DNA from: Octopus vulgaris
Lineage: Eukaryota
DNA: 64,000 bases
NCBI GenBank assembly: GCA_951406725.2
Contig: OX597817.1
Coordinates: forward strand, 153,884,001-153,948,000
Direction of reading: 5' to 3'
Shown: one piece after another, positions 13,346 through 25,550 of the stretch
Numbering within the stretch: the first letter of the stretch is position 1
Layout of the letters: the number at the start of each line of letters is the position of its first letter
Notes under the pieces: generated by a model
Told to the model about the DNA's origin: nothing
Seen by the model: the letters and a program-made list of their open reading frames with translations, nothing else
Database searches by the model: none
Translations under genes and position numbers: made by a program

Positions 13346-13520
13346 CAGTAATTCCTCGATTATCGCGGGTGTTACGTTCCAAAAATTCCCACAGAAATAA
13401 TTAAAATATAAAAAATATAAATACCTATCGGCCGGAGAAACCCCTGATATATTGAGGAGTCTCCGGTATAAATTCACATATATTAGCCTGGAAAATCCGC
13501 GATGTACTGAGGGATTATTG
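13346..13520. mobile_element. pogo/Tc1-mariner-type MITE
   Basis: TA|CAGTAATTCCTCGATTATCGCGG ... CCGCGATGTACTGAGGGATTATTG|TA: imperfect TIRs with TA TSD. Confidence 0.7.
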
Positions 13521-13847
13521 TATGCATACATGCAAAACGAGTGAAAGCAAAAAGTGGAGACTTTCAGTATAAATATATAGATATTTATATCAATAGATCC
13601 AACTTGTTGATTACAAACGACAGACAAAATTTAAAGGTCTGTGTGAGTATGTATGTGGTGGAGAGGTGTTATAAGTCCAGTACCTGTTTCTGGAGCCTCG
13701 GAGATCCATCATAATGTTGGTAGATGTAGTTCCGCATAATATGAGGCCGTAATGGAAGTAATTAGCATTAAATAAATCGAACCTCCGTTATCAGGATAGA
13801 AAAGATCATACATTTCATATCATAATGCAGAAAAGTTTAAAGCCGGA

Positions 13848-14062
<215 letters not shown>

Positions 14063-14067
14063 GGGTT

Positions 14068-14866
14068 AAATTTGTTGGTGAAAATGCACCTAAATTTGAA
14101 AAACTTGTAATTGTTTTTAAATGAATTTATTTACTCATATACCAAACTAGTTTCAAAAAAATGTTTTCTTTCAACAATATTTTTTGTTTATCAATGGTAA
14201 AAATTTAAAATTATGATTTAGAAAAACATGTACAAGTTCAAATGTTCATAACAGTGAATAATATAAAAAAATGTAGAACATCTTGTTTAAGTACACAAAA
14301 TTCAATAGTGTTAGTAGTGATCGATAAGAAATGTGGATCATCAAAGTTTCCGTCATACAGAGTTAAGAGAGAGAAAAACAAAAGAGAAATGACGATGGTA
14401 AAAAAGGGTTTTGTTTACAGTCTCTGTGATCCTCTGTCTGTCGTGTGCAGGGTCTTTCGATTGTAATGGCGTATTTTTGGAATCCAGTGTATTTATAGAG
14501 AGAATCACAGAAGCTGTAAACAAAATCTTGTTTTTACCATCTTCAATTCTTCCTTGTTTTTCTCTCTCTTAACTCTGTATGACCGAAACTTTGATAATAC
14601 ACATTTCTTATCGATCACTACTAACACTATTGAATTTTGTGTATTTAAACAAGATGATCCACATTTTTTATACTATTGGCTGTTATGAACATTTAAACTT
14701 GTAAACATTGAAATTTTTAAACATGTTTTTCTAATTCATAATTTTAAAGTTTTACCATTGATAAACAAAAAGAGATTTTTGACACTAGTTTGGTATATAT
14801 GTAAATACATTTATTTAAAAACAATTACAAGTTTGTCAAACTTAGATGCTCTCCAACAACAAATTT
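14068..14866. repeat. Long inverted repeat (foldback element), arms about 370 bp
   Basis: 14068-14435 is a diverged reverse complement of 14499-14866, with a spacer of about 60 bp. Confidence 0.85.
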
Positions 14867-14910
14867 GTCTACATTTTTCCTGCGTGGAACTACACCTCCT
14901 CTTTTCTTGC

Positions 14911-15088
<178 letters not shown>

Positions 15089-15575
15089 GAAATAGGTTTC
15101 AATGTAAAAAGACTACACGTGGTATAAATAGGGGAAAAGTAAAAAGAAAACAAAGAAAATGCACATTAGATATAAAAATAAAGGTTTTTTAAAGAAAAGC
15201 AAAGATATATACATACAATTAGATGATTTGAGGTGGAATTATGAAGTATAAAAATAATTATTAGGAATCATTATAGATATTCAAATTCATACCGGTATCG
15301 TCAGAGCTGATCACTGATTTGAATGAACACTGATTTCCAAACGGTGCTGGGTCTAATAGTACCTGAGTGAAAAGATTACATGCAAGGGAGATAATCACCC
15401 GACAACTGATGATACTTGTCTTGTTTTCCAATTGTTTCTTTCGTTGTTCGCAAAAAGCTCATTTTTTCGAATTTCGTATTTCATGTTGTTTACGTTTTAT
15501 GCGGTCCTGTACCCATATATGCATATGTATATACACATATATGTACGGATATGTATGTATATATGTATGTATATA

Positions 15576-15631
<56 letters not shown>

Positions 15632-15653
15632 GTAGCAAAAAAAATCGCAAAAA

Positions 15654-15691
15654 CTGTTACTCAGAGTTTCACGTTCCCGTTCGTCGGACAG
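15654..15691 (-). ncRNA. Minimal type-I hammerhead ribozyme-like motif (Penelope-type)
   Basis: - strand reads CTGT CCGACGA ACG GGAA CGT GAAAC TC T GA GTA ACAG; all three stems pair. Confidence 0.6.
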
Positions 15692-15867
15692 AATTGTTTA
15701 GAATGGAACAAAATAAGGCTATGTGCAAAAATAGTTTGGGATATAACCTTATATGCAAATAACAGTTTTTGTGATATTTTTGCTTCTTTTTGATAAAACA
15801 TATTACTCTACCTCTGGTATTCGAGTACTATTTTTTCCACCTTGTTTCGCATTTATATGCTTACCCT

Positions 15868-15961
<94 letters not shown>

Positions 15962-15984
15962 GAAAAGGAACACACGAGTTGATA

Positions 15985-17262
15985 TATATATGGAAAAAAG
16001 TCAAGGTAGAAAATGCTAAAATAATTTTCTAAAAATCATTTCAGTACCGTTTTCAGTCATTGAGACTTCTTCAACTGTGAGCATGGAAAACAATTAAATT
16101 TCGGAAAAATTAAATGAAAAATTTTTTAAAGTAAGGAAACAGGTGGCGGAGAGGAAGCTTGGATTTTTGGATTTTTGTTATTGGCGCAAATGTCGATGTG
16201 TTGGGGACAACATTTCACAGTGAGAAGCAGCTTCACATGTACTTTGGAGAACCTGATATACGCACTAACCTGCTCTGAGTGTCAAGAGTAATACATAGGC
16301 CAAAAAAAAAAAAACAGTCCACGTCAAAGATCCCAGATCAAAATTCCCCTAAACAGAAAAGTAGCATTCAGCCAACACATCGGCATTTGCGCCAATAACA
16401 AAAATCCAAGCTTCAGAATTTTTCCCCTCTACCAATTCAGGGACGAATTAGTAATGAGACTCTCTTTATTACAAAATACAGACCCCTTTTGAACGCATCT
16501 ACAACAAACGACATATCCACCACGGCCTTAGAATAACACGCACGCAAATATTAAAAGTGATACACTCAAGTGATACCCAAGAATTCATTAAAAACAGTCC
16601 CAATCACCGCTATAATCCACAACGATTCACTTTTAGGTCACTTGACCATTTAACATTCAATTACTATCATACAATCCTGCATTCCCTTATCATTCTCTCT
16701 TCTTCTCTTTCTCCTTCTTCTTATTCATCTTCTTCCTCTCCGCCACCTCCTTACTTTACTGCTACTGCTGTTTAGAATAACACCTACGCAAATATTATAA
16801 ACATTACATTCAAAAGAGATATCTCAAGAATTCAATCACTACTACCATCCACAACAAGTCACTTTCAGAGCACTTGACCATTTAACATCCTACTACTATC
16901 ATGGCACTCCCGCATTCTTCTTCTTCTTCTTCTTCTTCTTCTTCTTCTTCTTCTTCTTCTTCTTCTTCTTCTTCTTCTTCTTCTTCTTCTTTTTCTTCTT
17001 CTTCTTCTTCTTCTTCTTCTTCTTCTTCTTCTTCTTCTCTGCCAAGAATTTACAATGACCTCGAACCCACAAGAGTAAACAAGAGAGACAGAGAAAGGCA
17101 GAAACAAGGGAAATGCTCCTTGTATTTGAATACTATGCAAATATTCTTTAAAAAAATTTCGTTTAATTTTTCCAGTTGAAGAAGTCTCAATGACTGGAAC
17201 CGGTGCTGAAATGTTTTTTTATAAAACTATTTTAGCATTTCCTACCTTGACTTTTCCCATAT
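15985..17262 (+). mobile_element. Penelope-like retroelement remnant (GIY-YIG endonuclease) with inverted pseudo-LTR
   Basis: 16230-16500 translates, with stops and frameshifts, to FTCTLENLIYALTCSECQE*YIGQ ... FSQHIGICANNKNPSFRIFPLYQF. 15985-16205 is an inverted patchwork of 17173-17262 and 16372-16414. Both arms carry a hammerhead-like motif. Confidence 0.75.
16914..17038. repeat. (TTC)n microsatellite
   Basis: Trinucleotide run; source of the poly-S and poly-R ORFs. Confidence 0.95.
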
Positions 17263-17263
17263 A

Positions 17264-17391
<128 letters not shown>

Positions 17392-18795
17392 CGTGTGTGT
17401 GTTGTTACTGCTACGGATTTTATCATTCTTTGATTGTCCAATCAAGTAACAGAAGCAGAGCAACGTTTACATGTCAAATGTTATGGATAAATTATTCGAG
17501 ATGGTGCGGAGGATAGAATATAGTAGGTAGTTTTATTTTAAAAAAACAAACGACAAAAAATTAATATCAATTTCAAAACATATACGCAGTTGTTTCTATG
17601 TAAGTAGGTGTACAATGTGTACGTTTGAGACATCTTTGTCGTATCATTTCTTTATTTCATTTCATATATTATAATATTTCATTCCTTCACATATATAAAT
17701 ACTATCCACTTTGTTCTGACATAGGCAACGCCTGTATCCAGAATATTTACTCTTCACACTGTGCTCTGTTTACAGCCTTCATTAGGTGATCACACATACA
17801 TACATACATACATACATACATACATACATACATACATACATACATACATACATACATACATACATACATACATAAATAAATATAACATACTTACATGCAT
17901 ACATAGGCGCAATGTTCTCGTCTGAATATGTCCCCATCAGTTTAGTAATTTTCTTCTATTGAAACATCTCAAGTCTTAAGTTATTGAAAATTTTGAAAAT
18001 AAGGAAATATTGGCTCATTTGTAAGAAGAATCCTTCTTCTGTATTGTCCTGCTTCTATATCTTCAAATAGAAACATATTTGATTTTATTGAAGGTTTTTC
18101 TTAGAATTGATTTATTAAAAAATAATTAAAAAAAAACATCAATTCACAGCCCACTTGATTTTAGAAGAAAAAATGCGTTCTTTTTTATCTTAGTCACAGT
18201 GTTTTACTGTTCTGATTATCTATTGCAAACATTTTTCCATATTCTTGGGTTCCTACACACACATTCTCATTAATTTCTCGGCTGTTGAGCGCCTTGATGG
18301 TGAATAGACAAAGTAAACATTGTAAAAAGTGAAAAGAAACTTGTACGTAGATATATGCTGGCTTACTGTACGTTAACTAGACACAGTGGGGAGACTAAGT
18401 CACAGCGGGGGGGATGTTAAGAATTAAAGTGGATGAAATAGAGAAGCGGGTGGCGAAATGCGGCGAATGAAAAGAAAAGAAAGAAGTTGAAGTAATTAAG
18501 TGAAACGGGTAAGAGAACGAGATGAGATGAAACGGAAAACGAATTCTACTGAAAACCCCAAAATACAACCACGGTGAAAGATTTTTGATTGAAATTTGTC
18601 ATTTGTATAATTTGATCCGTGATCCCCACCCTTAAACCGGAAAATAAAGAGTCTCGGTGAGGTTAATACAATTAATATTTAGTTTGAAAATGCGAACGTA
18701 TATAGCTGAGAAGAAATATGAGCTGATAGACTTCCAAGAGCGACGGTTTTAGGAAGAAAACGTTGGTCAAAGTTGTTAGTTCAGCGTACATGGCT

Positions 18796-18803
18796 TATAA
18801 AAG
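18796..18803 (+). promoter_or_regulatory. Possible TATA box upstream of the micro-exon array
   Basis: TATAAAAG about 1 kb before the first candidate micro-exon; weak evidence in AT-rich DNA. Confidence 0.15.
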
Positions 18804-19542
18804 AGATTCAGAGCCAAAATCGAGTTTGGAGAAATTTGAAATTATTTTTCTTCGTTTGTGTTTCCTTTGTTGAAAACTGCGCGGAATAAAACTACATTAT
18901 CTATGGGTTTTTCATTTTATTTTTGCTGTCATCTGCACGTTTCATTATTATCTCCCTTGCAACTGTATGCTATTAATTATCGTAAAACTATGAGAATCTG
19001 GAAAATGTCAAAAGTTTCTTGGATTAGATAAGATATACTGCACCCACTTATAGATTACCACAATTTATATTCTGATAAAATACTAAACATACTAATTTGA
19101 GAGTACACTACTCGTAAATTTTCATTCTTATTATTTTCAAAATGGTTTTTCTCGTGTCTTTAAAAGCATCAACATTTTCTCGTATTTTTATTCGTATACT
19201 ATCCATGTTACATTTTATGTACGTTTTTTGCACTTCTTTAATCAGAAAGAGAACTATTAATTTGAAACTTTTCTATAAAATAAATTCAATGAGTGAATAG
19301 AATACAAGTTCCGTAAAAGTATTCTTAATTAGCCTCACAAGTATTATCGTTTGAAAAAGTACTTGTTTGTATTACTTATGATACCTAATCTAAAGAATAA
19401 TAGTTTTTTTCTTCACTACATATTCAGAATTCAAATTGACAAAGAGATCTCCTGTAAACGAACAAAGTTGAATATTTCTCAGATAACTGAAACATAGATA
19501 GATGCCCTCATGTTACTCTGCTTTGATATTAATCTCATTCAA

Positions 19543-19768
19543 GGCGGCAATCTGGCGGAATCATTAGCACACCGGGCGAAATGCTTTGCGGCATTTCGCC
19601 TGTCCTTACGTTCTGACTTCAAATACCGCCAGGGTCAACTTTGTTTTTTTATCCCTTTCGGAAGGTCGATAACAGAAGTGCCAGTTGAGTGCTGGGGTCG
19701 ATGCAATCGACTTAGCCCCTCCCCTCAAAAACTGCTGTCATTGTGCCAAAATTTGAAACCGATATTAA
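19543..19768 (+). mobile_element. SINE family A (diverged)
   Basis: Family-A head and core. Confidence 0.8.
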
Positions 19769-19801
19769 TCACATTCTTTCTTACACATGTATAAACAACA
19801 G

Positions 19802-19843
19802 TCACTACAACTGCTGGACCAGCCATGCATATTGAAGCAAAAG
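19802..19843 (+). CDS. Candidate phase-1 micro-exon of the VWA gene (xTTTAGPAMHIEAK)
   Basis: acaacag| 42 nt open, phase 1-1 |gtaaac. Confidence 0.4.
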
Positions 19844-19892
19844 GTAAACATGCAATGCAGATGATTTTCTTAATAAGAAGTACTGTATTCAA

Positions 19893-20306
19893 AGCGGCGA
19901 GCAGGCAGAAACGTTAGCACGCCGGGCGAAATGCTTAGCGGTATTTCGTCTGCCGCTACGTTCCGAGTTCAAATTCCGCAGAGGTCGACTTTGCCTTTCA
20001 TCCTTTCGGGGTCGATTAAATAAGTACCAGTTACGCACTGGGGTCGATGTAATCGGCTTAATCCGTTTGTCTGTCCTTTTTTGTCCTCTCTGTGTTTAAC
20101 CCCTTGTGGGTAGTAAAGAAATAGGTATTTCGTCTGCCGCTACGTTCTGTGTTCAAATTCCGCAGAGGTCGACTTTGCCTTTCATCCTTTCGGGGTCGAT
20201 TAAATAAGTAACAGTTACGTACTGGGGTCGATACAATCGACTTAATCCGTTTGTCTGTCCTTGTTTGTCCTCTTTGTATGTAGCCCCTTGCGGGCAGTAA
20301 AGAAAT
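19893..20306 (+). mobile_element. SINE family A with internally duplicated body
   Basis: Body repeated from about 20124. TSD AATAAGAAGTACTGTATTCAA at 19872-19892 and 20304-20324. Confidence 0.9.
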
Positions 20307-20562
20307 AAGAAGTACTGTATTCAATCATTGTTGAATGTTAAAAGACATCTATTCAATACTGAAGCAATTATCAGTTGACTTCAAGTTAGTTTGTTAGTTT
20401 GACGTTATCCATAATCAATTTTGATTTTTTCTTAATACATGTAAACCTGTGTGTGTTTGTGTGTGCGAAAATATGTACATATAAAAGCAGCCTCGCTGTC
20501 ATTACTTAGTTTACAGGAATCTGCATTAAATCTGACATGTAGATATACATACGTACATATCA

Positions 20563-20794
20563 AGGCGGCGAGCTGGCAGAAACGTTAGCACACCGGGCGA
20601 AATGCGTAGCCGTATTTCGTCTGCCGTTACTGTCTGAGTTCAAATTCCGCCGAGGTCAACTATGCCTTTCATCCTTTCGGGGTCGATAAATTAAGTACCA
20701 ATTACGCACTGGGATCGATATAATCGACTTAATCCGTTTGTGTGTCCTTGTTTGTCCTCTCCGTGTTTAGCCCCTTGTGGGTAGTAAAGAAATA
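20563..20794 (+). mobile_element. SINE family A, full length
   Basis: Complete head, core and tail. Confidence 0.9.
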
Positions 20795-21222
20795 TATAAT
20801 TACATACAGGCAAGGCACACACACAAACACATACATATGCGTTCACGCACACACACAAAACACATACCTACACACGCACACTCATTATATATTAGTAGTT
20901 GTAGTAATAATTGCAGGAAAGTAATTATTACTCTCATCCACGTAAGTGTCGCAAAAGCAATAATATAAAAAAATATAGTAAAATTTATGCAGTTTAGAGT
21001 CACATTTGAAAAATCACTGTTTTGTTGAATTTTAATTTTATAGTATAACACAGATTTAAGACAAAATGTTTTAGAAAATCATTTTCTTAACATTTATGAT
21101 ATGTATTGCCGCATTGAAAAGGAGAACGAAGCAAAGAATAAATAGCATCGGCGCAAAATACGCTAAGCCAAATTTCTAAAGTACATTCTTTCATATCATT
21201 TTACTTTTTTTCTGTTGAACAG

Positions 21223-21234
21223 TTTCCGGAAGTG
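21223..21234 (+). CDS. Candidate 12-nt phase-1 micro-exon (VSGS)
   Basis: Strong polypyrimidine acceptor ttttttctgttgaacag|TTTCCGGAAGTG|gtaaag; same ttgaacag/gtaaag flanks as exon 37958-38005. Confidence 0.4.
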
Positions 21235-21939
21235 GTAAAGGCCAAAAAACTCCCACAGATACTCGTGGTAATTGATAATATTTTCGCATTTATTATTTCT
21301 GTCCATGCACAACTAAGAAAAAACATGGACATTGCACATAATATCATATTATTTCTTAACCACGAATTTTGATTTTATATTCTATTTTAAATATCACAGC
21401 ACAGTACTACTAATCTCTTTGAAGCACTATTACCGCGTGTAATGAGTCACAAGCATTTGTGAAAACCATAGATCATATTTGTATGAGTATGACTGCGTTT
21501 TTAAACATCGTATATTATACTACACCAGCAGTAGCTATAGCTACAAATGCATGAAACAAAAGATCTGCTTAATGCACCAAGTCAATAGATAAAATCATTA
21601 ATCAAATTATTTTTCGCATTTAAAGTATTTCAACAATCATACAGTATTTACTTCAATGCTACATTTTACGTCCAAACTTGAGGAAAATGTTTTAAATATT
21701 TAAGGATATACGAGTAACTGACATTTAAAGTAATTAAATTTTTGATCATTTAATCAGAAAAAAGTCCCTGTATATATATATATATATATATAAATGGTAA
21801 GACAACAAAAGAAAGAAAGAGATCTCCATATTATGTAAATAGAGGAATTTATCTGTAAATGTAATATGAGGCAATTATTCGGTAGGCATGATAAAACTCC
21901 GAGTTTTATCATGGCTACCGAATACTTGTCTCATATTAC

Positions 21940-21980
<41 letters not shown>

Positions 21981-22053
21981 TCATCACTATATATATATAT
22001 CCAGAAATTTCATAAAATGTTTACTTAATCTTGAATTATCTTCTATCCTACAG

Positions 22054-22092
22054 TTCGAGGACCCAACAAATGGTGGCCTCAACGAAGTGAAG
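22054..22092 (+). CDS. Candidate phase-1 micro-exon (VRGPNKWWPQRSE)
   Basis: ttctatcctacag| 39 nt |gtgagt consensus donor; symmetric and open. Confidence 0.55.
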
Positions 22093-22129
22093 GTGAGTTA
22101 AATGGATTTTATTATTATTTACAATTGGA

Positions 22130-22347
22130 AGGCAACGAGCTGAGAGAATCGTTAACTCGCTGGACGAAATGCTTAGCGCTATTTCGCTCGTTGCTACGTT
22201 CTAAGTTCAAATTCCGCCGAGGTCTACTTTACCTTTCATCCTTTCGAGGTCGATAAAATAAGTACCAGTTGAACACTAGAGTCGATACAATCGACTCATC
22301 CCTCCCCCAAAATTGCTGCCCTTGTGGCAAAATTTGAAACCATTATT
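22130..22347 (+). mobile_element. SINE family A
   Basis: Family-A head and core. Confidence 0.85.
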
Positions 22348-22645
22348 CTTTGCAAATGGAGATGCTGACGATAGTATATAATTTAATTATATTTTGCATC
22401 TTCAAATAATCGTTATTAATAGAAAACATTTTGTTACCTAACATTATTGTCAACTTACATTCTTTACAACAGAAAATATCGCAATGAACCGCACGTCGAT
22501 TTATGCTGTTTTATCTAATGAAAGAGTCCGAAGGAGATATCTTTTGTTTTTCAAGAAAAATACTGTAATTTGCTAATGTTATACATGAAATTAATCGAAT
22601 GCAAAATCTTTCACACTCCCTCCATATCTCTCTGTTTCTTTCTCC

Positions 22646-22682
<37 letters not shown>

Positions 22683-22821
22683 TTACACACACACATATAT
22701 ATATTTATATGTTATGTTTGCATACTTTTATATTCATTATAAATTGTTGAGGAATAATTTTATTAATGTTTATATATGACAATGAATTTGTGCTAATTTA
22801 TACGTAAATGCCCGGAACATA

Positions 22822-23970
22822 TTGGGTCATCACATAAATAATGCGGTTTTTTTAATTACATGAACTAAAAGTCGGAGAGAGACGGAATAAATTACTTGCA
22901 TCAACTTCATATAAAAGCAGGTAGTAATTTTACCTTGTCTTTATCCTTAGTGCAAAGTCTGAAGAGTGCAGTTCAATTTTAACAGTTATTTTTTTCAAAG
23001 CTATAATGGAGTATATTCGGTATATTTCGCTTTGAGTTCAGTAAAGGTAACACTGCAACGTAAAGTGTGAGGAATATAAATGCAGTATATGGGGATCGGA
23101 CAATAAGCGTAAGCCAGTGTCAATTGTGATTCCGGAAATTCCGAGCCGGAATCTACAGCGTAGCAACGAGCGTCGTCCTGGTAGACCTGTTGAGCTAAAC
23201 GGGGACGTCTTTGCTGAAGCAAAATCCCATTGCAACCGTTGAGGAACTAGCAGTGAAGCTTGGATTTGGTCATTAACCATTCATCGACACTTGCGTGCCA
23301 TCGGAAAAGACAGCAAGTTGGGTCAATGGGTTCCTCACAAACTTTCCCACCCTCCTCGCGCGCAGAGAGTAATGTGTGCTCTTCTTTGCTGTCACGTCTC
23401 ACGAATGAACCTGTTTTTGACCGAATAGTGACTGGTGAAGAGAAATGTGTCCTATTTAAAAAATGTCAAGCACCGAAGACAGTGTGGAGGGAAAGGATAT
23501 GTAAGGTCTAGTCCAGTTTGAAAATTTCAACCTAAACCAAACAATAACAAAGGAGATCTACTGCGAGCAGCTTGAGCGTATTGTTTCAAGATGATAGGTG
23601 TTCTCCCATCAGGATAATGCTCAGTCACATTCAGCGAGGATAACATTTCAAAGGCTGGAGTAGATTGAATGGGAGACGATGCCCTACCGACCATATTTGC
23701 CGGATATTGCTCCATCTGATCATCATTTATTCCGCTGTCTTCAAAATAATTTGAACGGAAAAAAGTATAAATTCTGTACACGAGGTAAGAACAGTACTGA
23801 GGGGGTATTTTTCGTCACGGACAAGTGAATTTTGGAAGCGGTGCGTTACAAGTCTACCAGATAAATGGAAAGGCATTGTAGAAAATGACGATTACAAAAG
23901 AATTTTGTTTAACTTCATTTTGATAAATACAAGAAGTATAAAAGAATCCGCATTATTTATGGGATGGATG

Positions 23971-23976
<6 letters not shown>
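22822..23976 (+). mobile_element. Mariner (DD34D) DNA transposon fossil
   Basis: TA-flanked TIRs TTGGGTCATCACATAAATAATGCGG / CCGCATTATTTATGGGATG..ATCCAA. Disrupted transposase motifs RIVTGEEK, HQDNA, PYLPDIAPSDHHLF. Confidence 0.9.
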
Positions 23977-24028
<52 letters not shown>

Positions 24029-24029
<1 letters not shown>

Positions 24030-24340
24030 GTAAAAAGTGAAAAAACTACAGAAGGCTTGTTTTAAAAGGTTAAAAAATATATATTTGAGTCATTATGTCA
24101 GAAGAATGGTATCAATTTTTTTTTCATACAATGACATAGTTTTTGAAGAAATGACCGGTTTCGCGTTCAGCTTTTCAAATTTCTTTATATATTTGAAAAG
24201 CTGAATGCGAAACCGGTCATTTCTTCAAAAACTATGTCATTGTATGAAAAAAAAATTGATACCATTCTTCTGACATAATGACTCAAACATATTTTTTAAC
24301 CTTTTAAAACAAGCCTTCTGTAGTTTTTTCACTTTTTACT
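24029..24340. repeat. Near-perfect palindrome (arms about 152 bp) with hammerhead-like motifs at the centre
   Basis: 24029-24180 is the reverse complement of about 24191-24340. Motif TTGAAAA GC(5)GC GAAAC CG GTC on each strand. Confidence 0.85.
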
Positions 24341-24388
24341 ATTTTCTATATATTCAACCACGTGCTTTCACACCACAAACTTTCTCAC

Positions 24389-24421
<33 letters not shown>

Positions 24422-24511
24422 AACACACACAGATACAGACACACACACACATTAATAACACCTTTGCTGAAACGTGTCCCCCTTGGTTTGTCCTCTTTCT
24501 TTGCTCACTAC

Positions 24512-24558
<47 letters not shown>

Positions 24559-24617
24559 GTAAATGATAATTTTATTAATACATGAGTTTTATTCTCTTTT
24601 TTGTTATACTGTATCAG

Positions 24618-24662
24618 GTTCTGGATCATATTCATCAGATTTCGATTACGAAATCATTGATG
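24618..24662 (+). CDS. Phase-1 micro-exon (GSGSYSSDFDYEIID)
   Basis: tatcag| 45 nt |gtaact; paralogous to 27079-27123. Confidence 0.62.
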
Positions 24663-24776
24663 GTAACTCCTTTTCTCTTTCATCATTTTACCCGTGTAGC
24701 CCTTCACTTAAACCCGCATGGTTTTCTCTAAGCACAATGACTTCTATATTTAACCCAAGTGTTGTATATATATATA

Positions 24777-24843
<67 letters not shown>

Positions 24844-25039
24844 ATATACGTATATCAATATACGTATATATATATACATATATATGTATATGTAAATATG
24901 AATTAGTATATGTTAGTTTATATTTGTATTTTTATTTCACAGGTGGTGTATAATTTTAATTGTTTATGTTTGGTGTGTGTATAAACTGCATCTCTTATAT
25001 CTATATATCTTTTATCTGTCTGCCTCTCAGTACACAAAT

Positions 25040-25165
25040 TCATATGTATGTATGTGTATATATATATATATACATATATATATGTATATATATGTATATA
25101 TATATATGTATATTTATATATGTATATATATATATGTAAATATATATATCGTATATTTATATATG

Positions 25166-25196
<31 letters not shown>

Positions 25197-25550
25197 GTAT
25201 ATATGTATATATGTATGTATATATGTATATGTATATATATATGTATATATGTATATATGTATATATGTATATGTATATATATATGTATATATGTATAGAT
25301 ATGTGTATGTATATGTATATATGTATATATGTATATATGTGTGTATATATTTGTATATATGTATATATATCGAAACGTATGTATATTTACATATACAATA
25401 TATATATATATGTATATATATGTATATATATATATGTAATATACATAAGTATACATATAAAATATACAAATGTATACATATATGGATATATATATATATG
25501 TATACATACATATATATATATATGTATATATATTTACATATTTATATATT
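25040..25550. repeat. Complex (TA)/(TATG) microsatellite
   Basis: Degenerate AT-dinucleotide array. Confidence 0.9.

Noticed and set aside
13675-13723. Hammerhead-like TGA-TGGA..TCCA-GAAAC-AG-GTA on the - strand
   Set aside because: Core lacks N7-G8-A9 and a clear stem I; at best a decayed copy
18903-18964. ATG exon after the TATA-like box ending at |gtatgc
   Set aside because: The ATG frame (MGFSFYFCCHLH..) is not signal-like and ends in phase 2, incompatible with the phase-1 micro-exons
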